From the NCBI RefSeq assembly GCF_009914755.1, contig NC_060926.1: 64,000 bases of DNA, one strand, 5' to 3'. Positions within the stretch are counted from its first letter, which is position 1. Each line of letters begins with the position of its first letter. The translations under genes were made by a program, and so were the position numbers. A model generated the notes under the pieces. That model ran no database searches. It saw only the letters and a program-made list of their open reading frames with translations, and was not told the DNA's origin. Origin of the DNA: the human T2T-CHM13v2.0 reference genome, Homo sapiens. This document shows, piece after piece, positions 47,972 through 64,000 of this stretch.

Positions 47972-49843
47972 CTACCAAATGAAAAGAAAGGCAATCCTTA
48001 TATTTTCCAACAGGAATATAGTTTTCTATCTCCTTATTATAAAAATGATGCTCACTATAAAAAAACCTTCAAACAACATTGAACAATATAAAGAAATACC
48101 GTTGCCTAGAAATAACTATTGTTAACATTTTGGTAATATATATAACATGTGTGTTTAAAAGTTTTATATAAATGGAATTAAACTCTTCATGCTCTTTCCT
48201 AACTTACTCTTTTTCTGCCAAACATATGTCTCAGACATCCTTCCAAGTCAGTAAGCATAGCACTTTGTCATTTTTAGGCACAGCTTGGTGGCCTGTTATA
48301 GTGAAGACCTTAATTTAACAGTTCTCTCAAGTAGACGATTACTGTCTACTTATTTTGGTAAGCACTACTGATATAAACGTACAAGAAAATACAGACCTAA
48401 CACATACCAATTGGAGGAGGAGATTTGTGATTAAACAGAAAGTTGAAGGTACCAACGTAGAAAGTTAGAACTAACCTAGAATACAAAGGAAAAAGGAAGG
48501 AGAGACCGAACCAACATTCATTGTGAAAATGAAATATGTCTCCTCTCCAATCTATTTCAGGTGAAACTGTGTGCTGACACTGTGGTCTTCTTAGTCCACT
48601 GTATATTTTCTGTCAATCAAAAGGTATAAAATTCTTTCTGTTTGCAAGGCACTAGTTCTAGGAGCTTGAGAACTTCAAAAGATGTATCCTATCCCTAAAG
48701 AACTCATAATGTAGTTGGAGATATAGAATATATCCTTAAAACTATAAAAATATACAGTAGTGAACTATTTGTGCCAAGAAAGTATAAAAAAATGTGTACC
48801 ACACATCCATGATGTTCTTGTATTTAGTATTTATGGTTTCACCTATTTGCAAGGTGTCCTCAACCTTTCAGTTTCCTAAGGCACAACATTGAATTAACCA
48901 CATTGAGAGGTTGCTAATTGAAAAGGATACGTGGGACTCTGGGAAGGAATTAGGGGAAGAGGATGGAAATTCTAGGAAGGCAGAAATGGTATGAGTACAG
49001 GTATGCCAAGGGCTGCATATGGGACTGACTGGACCAGAAACACTGGAAGAGAGGATGTGAAGGAACAGTGGGAGGGGAGCTCGGAACAATAGCCAGCAAC
49101 AGCCATTTCAGGGCCTTGCTGTGAGTTGAGGTTGAATGACCATGAATGAGACAGGTCACGTTGAAATCAGCATTCTGAGAAAATTAACGTGACTCCAGCA
49201 AGAAGGATGGCTAGAATGAGGGCAGAGTAAGAACAGGAAAAGAAAAAAAAAAAAAAAAAGGACCAGACTACAAAAAAAGTTCAACTATGAGATGACAAAG
49301 GCCTGGAGTAGGATGATGGCCATGAGATGGTGGCTGCCTAGTGGCTAGGGTGCTATCTTTCTGAGGTAGGAACTGTGAACCTTTGTTTCTCCCTGTACCA
49401 CACAGAGTCAAACACAAAATGTTCCACATGCACCTATGGTTTGATATCAGAAAAGAAAACCAACATGATTTGGTGAGTGATGCAGTGTGTATACAGTTCA
49501 AAGACAGAGTCATTTACTTATTCACTCAACAAATAATGTTTGCAGGCCTAATTGGTCCAAGGCCTAATTGGGCTGGCTGCTGAGAGGGTCTAAAATGATG
49601 AATGAGACACAGCTGCTGCCTTCAAGGGGTGGATAATCTATTACAGCAAAGGAAGACCGTGACAGGAAGTAGTGTGTGATAGGCTGAGAGAGAAAACAAA
49701 AGGGGCCTTCAAAGAGAGTGCGCCTCTAGCCTTGGGAACAACCAACAGACTTTGTGCAGGTGGCGGAGAGAGAGAAATGGATCAGTGAAAGGCACAGACA
49801 GAAGGAGAAGCAGCGGGAGGAACCATAGATCTGGATGTATTGA

Positions 49844-50043
<200 letters not shown>

Positions 50044-50535
50044 TCATATTATGTTGTTAAATGGGAAAAAAAGTATGCATATTTTATATCTTATACAACA
50101 GGATGATTTCATCTTTGTTAAAAATTATATAAAATTCTAGCAAGAACTACAACAAAATTTAACTCTAGGCTCTGATACTTCAGGTAACTTTTACTTTCTT
50201 CCACATCCACATTTATATTGTGAGCACTTCTTCCCCCAAGAACTTGCATGATTTTGTAAGCAGAAAACACAGCAAAGCTAATTTCCTTTGTGTTTAAAAG
50301 AGAAGGGAGCCAACAGCACAAATGCCTTAGGCAGTTCACCCAGAAAGATGATGACTGGGGAGAAAAATGGGTAAATGGAATGACTAGCAGGTTGATGTGG
50401 CCTTTAAGAGTGGAGTTTTAATTTTCAGCGATGGAAGTGGAATTCATATGAAGCCTTGGGTTGTTAAGATTTTGCAACTAATCTGAGAACATTTAGTATT
50501 CTTTGCAACTGCCTACCTTTTAAGAGCAATTAACC

Positions 50536-50852
<317 letters not shown>

Positions 50853-50880
50853 CTAACCTCCTTTTCCTAAAACCCTAATA

Positions 50881-51858
<978 letters not shown>

Positions 51859-53245
51859 TACATGAAATGGCACCAGATTAACTGAAACAATGATTCAAAT
51901 AATATAAAAGAGGAAATGCTGCCCAAGGTTGGCTCTGTACATTGCTGGCTTGATTCTGTACTCTTGGTGTGATTTGATTTCTGCATTTTTCATAAATATT
52001 AACAATCCACTTAAGCAACACGGACAAATACAATATCATGGTCTTCGTGTGAAAAAATATCCTCCTTGATTTATCAAAGCCTAATTCACTTTGCTTTATA
52101 ATATCTCACTTCGTATAACTCACTGCAATTTATAATGTGTTTTCATATTGATTATTTCCGTTCCTTCTCATGATCCCTTGAGGCAGGTGGGGCTGAAATA
52201 GTGATCTCTTTTTTATAAATGAGGAAACTAATTTAGATAGAAAAGAGACTGGCAAGTGGTAGAGGAAGTTTCTGACTCATAGGTCAGCCTCTCTCCACGA
52301 AGTCACGTGCGTCACAGCCTTCATAGTGGTGTGACTTGAGCAAAGTCAAGTCTGAGCTTCATTTTCTTATCTGAAAATGGATTGCTCTGAGAGTTAAATA
52401 ATTAAACACACACATATACTTTTATATAGTAGATGCTCAGTAATGCTTTTGCTTTTTGACTTGATTTTTACATTTTTAAGTCAAAGAAACAGCCTTCATG
52501 TTTCCTTGGGGACCCAGAGATTACTTACTAGATCCCACTCACACCACCTGCCTGGGATCATTTTTAGCCTTTTAAAATTTTCTGCCCTTTTTGCTGCTGC
52601 TTTTTAAAAATGTGTGTGGATACATTTTTTCCTGGTTATAAAATGATACTTGTCCATTACAGAACATTGATAAAATACAGAAATATGAAGAAAAAAATTA
52701 AAATCAATATCACTATTGATATTGATTTTAGAGATAGAGATAATTACTGCTATCATTTGGTGCATATCCTTTAAGCCTTGATACTCTTTGGAGCAGTCTT
52801 TTATCCTGCAGGCTTTTTTTTTTTTGTCTGACTAGTCTTAATTCCTAAGAATAACTGGGAATTGAGAACTGCAGTTCACACTCAACAGTACCAGGTCAGA
52901 AATGAACTAATGCATGCAATTTATTTAGCCTATCATGTGGGCTGTGAGTTTTTCCTGGAACATCCGGGCTGGTTTTCTTCTCTTGGTATAATGGTTTATT
53001 ACATGTGAATCATATCATAACATAAACTTGTTAGTTCCTGATTCCCGATAAAAAAGACATTTTATTGAACAAATGAACAGTTCAAGGTCTAAGGCAATGA
53101 TTAACGAGCAGTATAAATGCTCTAGACTATAAGGTAATATCCATAACCACTATCAGTTCTCTGGTATTCCTTTACTTCAGTCATTATTAGGTGATCATTA
53201 ATAACAGATTATCCCAATCTAAATTTTTTGAATTATGATATCTTA

Positions 53246-53470
<225 letters not shown>

Positions 53471-53986
53471 CTATCATTTAAGAAAAATACTGCACTTGCC
53501 TCTGTGAATAAATCCTTTGTGGTGAGTGGGTGGGAGAAGTTTGCAGGGCAAGCCACACTCCCCTTTGAAAGGCCGTTTTGGAAAGGAGTCAACATGAGAC
53601 TATTTATTATATCAAATTGTTCCCATTGGCTGCAACTCATTGGGAGCCACCTTTTCCCTTTCACGGCTCCTTCAGCTCTCATAGGAAAACATTAAATTAC
53701 TTAGACAATGGTCACAACTAACCGCAGTAAGCAGGCTTGTTGAACTCTACAGGCATCTTCATAAATAACCATGTTCTGCCTAGCCAACACCACACCTACC
53801 TAATGTTAAAGGGCTCACCCAACCCGCTTCCCAGCACCCCCTTCCCTGAACCTCATCTCTGTTATATGGGATTATTGCCTACGTGAAAATCCCTCACTTC
53901 TTTTGTCCTCGATCAGGTTAGCCCTCCCCAGCCCTACTCCATTCCATTCTTGTCTTTTATTCTACCAACCCCTTCCACTGATTTGA

Positions 53987-54370
<384 letters not shown>

Positions 54371-54649
54371 TGATAGCGTATCTTCAATGACCATTAGGCA
54401 TGGCTGCTCTTTATCCCATTTGTAGAGTAAGCAAAAAATGTTGGCATGTCTTATACTCGCCCCTCCTTACCACTTACTCTTCAAGGCCATCTACTTTTCC
54501 TCTGTACAAATCATGAAGTTTGCTTATGCTATCAATGCCGTTCCTCATTGTTGTCTTCTGTGATGTTTAAAACATCCTCTTGCCTTTGATGATTTTATAG
54601 CATCTGGACCAGAGTCATTCTTTTTGCTCCTCTCCCCTATCATTTTCCT

Positions 54650-55800
54650 CAAGCTCTTTAACCTTCTTGATGAGCCATCCACATCAGTGGTTCCTAATTA
54701 GCGAATCTCAATTCCAATGGCTCCAGCTACCTAATCTGCATCACTCACCATGTCTTGGACTTAAATATTACTCAAAATGGTTTCGCTCCCAGGATTTCAG
54801 AGTCTGAGGACACCCTCTCTGAGCACAGCCTCCTGCCTCTCACTTCCCCAGTGCCCTCACTGCCGCAGATGCTGGACCCCTTCTGCCATTCTTTGCCTTA
54901 TCAGTTCCCACATCTGGGGACCCTATTCTCCCTTAAGCAATGGAAGGTGTGCTGGACAATGCCTATTGCCGCACTAACTGGATCCCCTCTGCCACTTTGC
55001 CTCAGCTGGCCCCTGGACCCCTAAGATTTCCTTGTTGTGTCTTGAATTCTAATAGCATGTCCCATGATGACTGATATAAACCTCTACTTTAAAATTTCCC
55101 CCTTCCCAATTTCAATCTCTCTCCCCAGTGCTCAGCAGCTGAATTCACCTCCCATTTTATGAATTTCTTGATATCTTCATCATCTCTATTTTTCATTCTC
55201 TCTCTCTCCCCCTCTCTTCCCGCACCCCATCTTTGAAAGTGTGACCCTAGCTGCTTGCATCCTTGATCCCATGTTATTCTGATTCCCCTATCCCTACCTT
55301 GGTCTACTCTGGAAACTTCCTCTTTGACTTATCCAAATTTTGGCTGCATTTTCATCTACTCTCAATCTGATGTTTTTTGATGGTCTTATTTACCACATCC
55401 TAAAATAACCATTTTTTGAACTTGATCATCATTTAAGTAACTGCCCCTCTTCATCCTACCCTGTAACACCAAGTTTCTCAAAACAGAATCTGCTTCCTCC
55501 ATCTTACACCTTCCCTTCTTGTAAACCTGACTTGCACCCCCATGACTCTACCGAAGCTCTTTTTTGGGAAATTGCAATGGCCTTCTCCCTTTATGCTTCA
55601 CCTCCTTTAACCCCTGCAATATTGAAGTGTTTATGACACTTCCTTGAAACTCTCTCCTTCCTCATCCTCTCTGATGCTGCCCAATCCTGCTTCTCTTTCT
55701 ACCTCCCTGATCACCCTCTGCCTCCTCTGTTGGTTGCTGTCCTCTTCCCACCCTCTGAATGTGTCTGTTTTAAGGTTTTACATTCAGGCTGCTTTCTCCC
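54650..55800 (+). mobile_element. Degenerate L2 LINE region (pyrimidine-rich)
   Basis: L2-like ACACCCTCTCTGAGCACAGCCTCCTGCC and GACACTTCCTTGAAACTCTCTCCTTCC. Confidence 0.5.
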
Positions 55801-56126
55801 CTCCCCCAGGCCCCCCCCATGCACCTGGGTCCTAGCTACTTCAGAGTCCTCTCTTCTCTGGCCCAGGCCCTGCCGTGAATGTGGGACAGGTCATTCCCAG
55901 GCACATGTCATCTTGTTGGTTTGTTCTCAGGTCTCCTGCAACCCACAGTTGGGCTATTTACAATAAAATTAATGTCCTGGAAGATACGACATTGCACTAG
56001 ACACTGATGGGCAAAGTGTAGATCCTCCAGAGCAGAGAACTTCACCCTGGAGCTCTCCCTGCACGAGTCCCACTAGCTCCATGACTCCATGGGAGCCCGG
56101 CCCTGGGTGAACTGAACAACCCCTCA

Positions 56127-56351
<225 letters not shown>

Positions 56352-57243
56352 TCAGGGCTGGATGGTGAGGACCAGCTAGGGGGGTTCCCTAGTCATAGAA
56401 GGAGGGGACCTGCCATCCACAGGACAATAAATCCCCACCCCGGAAATCTACACTCTACCAGAATTGCAATACAATTGCAAAAGATGTCATTTATTTCCTT
56501 CTCTCTAAAGTGGGGAGTTGTCACCAATTCACGAAAAGTACATGCAAAAGGGGCATGAATAAGTGATTTGAAGCACTTTGTCTTCTTTCTGTGCAGGATT
56601 CCCCCCACCCCACCCCGCCCCCACCACCAGCAGCCTGCATTTTAGACTTGCTCTCGGAAGGCCAGGCAAACCCCACAGATGCAGACACTTAGCATTGCCC
56701 CTCATGTCAAGCTCTAGAGCAACTTCACAATAGCGAAGTCCTTCCCTCTTATTCCCTAACAGTGTTGCCTTTGGGGAATCCCTCTAACACCTGCTTCCTG
56801 CAACGTTAGGCAACCAGGTTTTGTCTCTGGAATTCCACTGAATTTGAAAATTAGGTGCTGGCTGTCCTAAAATCAGCTCCAAAGAGAAGCTAACGGTACA
56901 AAGTTGGCCTGGTCGCTGAGCACCCCATGGGCTGTGCATCTGAGATGGCCAAGATGAGATAGGAGGAATGATCTTTTGAAAAACTCCTCAAACTCTCCCC
57001 ACCAGTACATTGTCACTTCATGTTTCCCTGGATCCTTAGCCCTCAGAGAGATCCACCTGGTGAGCTCATTCATATTAACGTGTTGGTAACTCAATAGTTG
57101 CCTTTCCCCAGAGAGGGAACCTGGAGAGGGCTGGGTTTAGCTCAGAGAAAAACCCTTATAATGGTAGACTTTTGTAAGGTTACAGCTGGAGAAGGGAGGT
57201 ATTTAGGGAGAAAGAGGTGCACCTCCAGCACGTGGGCACTTAC

Positions 57244-57449
57244 ACAGATTCACAGCGTTCAGCATGCCTGTGTACGGGGTGGCGCCCACAAACTGGTAAA
57301 GGAGACCTACGCGGTCCTGGATAGCACCCTTTAGCACATTGCTTCGGACCCGCAGAACGAAGAAAAGGAGGAACAAACCCATGATCAGATTCTGAAGGAG
57401 ACGCGTAATCACTGCCAGCTTATTTCTCACCAAGTTTCTTGTCACTCTC
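57244..57449 (-). CDS. ABCG5: ABCG5 exon 9 ([21 protein letters not shown]...MLNAVNL)
   Basis: ttcag|G...T|gtaagt, 206 nt. Confidence 0.97.
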
Positions 57450-57548
57450 CTGAAAACAAACAACCCTGTTTTAATTCCTTTTCAGAATTGTTATTGGGGG
57501 ATGGCTAAAGACCTCTAACAGGCATTTCTCACATTTGTGAGCCTCTTA

Positions 57549-57800
<252 letters not shown>

Positions 57801-57977
57801 TTAAATGCATGTATGTACATGGATATACAATTGGTACAGGAGTACTGGCCATAATACCTCATCCCATCAAGATAAAATTTGTGGTTAATGCCCACCTATA
57901 AAATCAGAATACTTTAAAGCATCCCAGCAGGGCCTTGAGGATCCCATTGGGATTGTCTGGGAGAATTCAGAAGCTCA

Positions 57978-58370
<393 letters not shown>

Positions 58371-58381
58371 TTAGTGTGTGA

Positions 58382-58566
58382 TCACAAGGGTAGCGATGCA
58401 CTTTGAATGTCTCTGGGAACACTGATGCAGGGCCAAGGTCAGGTATTCCTTATGGTCACCAAGTCCTTATGGGAAATGCATTTCCCATAAGCAGTCAGTC
58501 CTTCGATGACCTTGGCCCTGCATCAGTATTCTTGGAGACATTCGAAATGCATCCCTACCCTTGTGA
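58382..58566. repeat. Long inverted repeat: 60-bp arms (58382-58441 and 58507-58566, 53/60 complementary) enclosing a perfect 26-bp palindrome (58466-58491)
   Basis: Arm TCACAAGGGTAGCGATGCACTTTGAATGTCTCTGGGAACACTGATGCAGGGCCAAGGTCA compared base by base with the reverse complement of the right arm; palindrome CTTATGGGAAATGCATTTCCCATAAG. Confidence 0.95.
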
Positions 58567-58895
58567 GCCTAGGCTACCACTGTGGGTCATGCTGCCTCCC
58601 ATCCTGACGCCCAGCTTCATATCTGGGATAGACAAGCATGACTGGACCTGGGCGTAAGTCCCAGCCAAGCCAAGTGAGTGACCTCGGGCGAGCAGGGGTG
58701 GGTCTTAGTTTGTTTTTTTGTTTTCATTTTAAATCTCAGCTCCTCCTCTGTAAAAAGCAAATAATAGCTAACTAAAGGGATACTGGGCGGAGAAAGTGAG
58801 TTTTTTTGGAAGGAAATCAGTATGATTTCGTGGAAAAACACAGCCTTTGAAGCCAACTTGGCTGTGAAAGGCTAATGCTAGCTTTTTACTATTAA

Positions 58896-59171
<276 letters not shown>

Positions 59172-59305
59172 TAGGAGTGTTGTGCAGATGAAATGAGCTA
59201 TGTACAGAAAGTATTTGGAACATGGTAGGTGCTGAAAGAAGTGAGTTTTCATCCTTTGCTCTTCCCCTCTCAGGAGCTGTTGGCTCCAATTCTCTAGCAC
59301 TAACG

Positions 59306-59877
<572 letters not shown>

Positions 59878-60373
59878 CTAAGGTAGTGCAGAGCCCAGGC
59901 TCTGTGCTTAAAACTCAGAGTTCTGAACTGTTCCTTATTGAGTTTGTACCCCATTCAAACAGTGTGCGGTGGGAAGTAAACATGTAAACTGGCTTTCAGC
60001 CTGAGCTCAGGAGAAAGGACCTGATGTGGAAGGGCCTAGTTCCCAGCTCTGGAGCACATGTGGGCTCAAATCCTCCAGGGCACAGGGAGTAAGGAGATCA
60101 GGCCTCTTACGGGCCATCTGGGCTCTGCTCAGGGCACCCTGTCAGGGAACAAGGGCTGGCAGGCTGGCATCAAGTTGTTTTAAAACAAGACTGAGAGAAG
60201 GCTGGTCAAAAAGACAACCCCATTTCATGTCTGTAACACTTTCCAACACCAGCAGGGTCTTTGCACAGAAAAGAAAAAAATCTGACGAATAAAACAAGGC
60301 CTGAAGTGTGGCAGGCATTTGGGTTCTTTAGAGGGTTTAAAGTAACTTATTTCTTCCTAAAAAGTGACAAGGG

Positions 60374-60712
<339 letters not shown>

Positions 60713-60716
60713 CTAG

Positions 60717-61680
<964 letters not shown>

Positions 61681-61684
61681 CAGA

Positions 61685-62360
<676 letters not shown>

Positions 62361-63639
62361 TTACACTTGCTTCAGGAAAATTAACCAGGAAACAACAGAT
62401 ACTTCATTAAACTCCTATTTGCAGGAGCCATAGTCACTGCAGCCCATACAGAAAAATCCCCCAAATTCATGATTACAATATCGCTTACTTTCATAAGTGT
62501 TTGGGTTTTGAAATTTTATTATCATAAATGCTTTATGTGTTTACAAAAATCCAACCTGATTTGAACTAAACCTGTTTCCCACTGTATAACCCAAATAAGT
62601 GCTGGGGTCCCATGTGGTACAATCTCAGTGTGAGTCCACATCAAAGACATATAATCCAGCCTTCAGAAGTAATTAAAAATAATTCCAATCTTTACTTGAA
62701 TTTCTTTAAGGACTTTAATGGGGACCCAATTTATAACCCCCAGCCACATTTAAAATTCCCTTTCTTCCAATTCTCTTCGCTGTACTTAAAGCCTGTAACT
62801 CCCTGAAACCGTTTTTCCTCCTCATTCTCAACTCTCCCAAAACAATAACGACTAAAAAAAATTCTTTACTGAATTTCTAATCAAGAAGCTTGGCTTTTTT
62901 CCTCCCTCACTGTCTTTCCTTCCTCAGCTTATCTCCTCTCCAGAGACCTGTTCACAAATCTGTTTCTGTCCCCCTGTACTGATTACCTCTAACTGCAGAA
63001 ACCCCAGGGGGAAAGCAGAAAGAGACAGAAGATACTCATATGGTAATAAGTTTTGTTTCCAGACACCCCTAATAAGGCCGTGTTATGAAAATGGAAACAA
63101 AACCATTGCATTAAAAAACAATAAGCTAGATTGCAGAAGAAGAGGGAATGACTTGTGGACCAACATTCAAGAGGAGTCAGGGAGTGGGGTTGACGGCATA
63201 GATGTAGCTTTGACCCACCCAAAGAATGGACATATCTGAAATAGGTACAAAGGAATAATGAGAAGGTAAAAATGCATAAATAAACTAGATATAGATATAT
63301 TCTGGAACAAAAGAAAGCTCTTCTCTTGCCATCAGGGTAGAAGGATCCTAGAATTAAGCTTTGCTTGACACAGTGAGATTTCTGTGCTGACCAGCCAGGG
63401 TAGATTCCCGAGCCTCCTTCTCATCTCTGTAACATCATAAGGAGTAAGCTTGCCCCTCCTGGCTTGGAAGAGATGGACAGAGAAGACATTTACTTAATTT
63501 GTCTCAGAGGTTTCACACCCCAGCAGGAATGCTCTCCCACATTTTGGAAACAAATTTTGGAAATGGAATTCAGAGTCCCTGGAAGGACTATTGGGATGAG
63601 CAAGTCCAACCCTCCATGCTCTGTGCTTTCACGTAATCT

Positions 63640-63775
63640 GATGTATTCTTCACATCAAACCCAGGAGAAATGCATTCTTATTGTATTTTTTATAGAGGAG
63701 AAAACAAAGTTCCATAACTTGCCCAAGATAATGCCATTAGCAAATGGCAGGGCCAGGATTGAGAGGACTCTCTGG
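63640..63775 (-). mobile_element. MIR core fragment
   Basis: TTTTATAGAGGAGAAAAC...TAACTTGCCCAAGAT...AGCAAATGGCAGGGCCAGGATT. Confidence 0.65.
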
Positions 63776-64000
63776 GCTCTCTGAAGTGGTCCAGGAAGCC
63801 TGAGCCTTAGCCAACAGCCCCGCAGACATAGCCTGCTCACATTGGCCTTGCTTTATTTCCAGGTTCTTCCAAGGACAGAAGCAGATCTGCCATGCTATCT
63901 CCTTTATTATCATCAGCACTTCCTTCCCACTGAATTACTTATCAGGATTTTACACGCTGTGGGCTGGATTTGCTCAGAAATGACTCTCAATTGGAGAGAA

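Overview
Human-type (primate, Alu-rich) genomic DNA that I recognise as the 2p21 PLEKHH2-DYNC2LI1-ABCG5 region. About 1-1320 is probably the 3' UTR end of PLEKHH2 (+), called from synteny only. The complete 13-exon DYNC2LI1 gene (dynein-2 light intermediate chain, +) runs from ATG 7469 to TGA 43101 and gives 351 aa when the exons are joined. Its promoter carries a ZNF143 motif and two RFX X-boxes. Exons 5-13 of the convergent sterol transporter ABCG5 lie on the - strand (61446 down to TAG 46449). The rest is about 35 Alus, L1/L2/MIR fragments, DNA-transposon fossils and a 7SK pseudogene. Three things deserve the closest look. (1) A 185-bp fold-back (60-bp arms, with a perfect 26-bp palindrome in the loop) abuts the branch point of ABCG5 exon 7. 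(2) A DYNC2LI1 alternative exon (43715-43858) gives a new C-terminus ending Cys-Thr-Cys and can splice about 17 kb across ABCG5 to a terminal exon antisense to ABCG5 exon 5. (3) DYNC2LI1 has several read-through/intronic poly(A) sites. I cannot show that any of these is undescribed, and I recall the extended isoform from existing annotation. Most ORFs in the supplied track are Alu-derived or chance ORFs. Exon coordinates were read at splice junctions; repeat boundaries and subfamilies are approximate.
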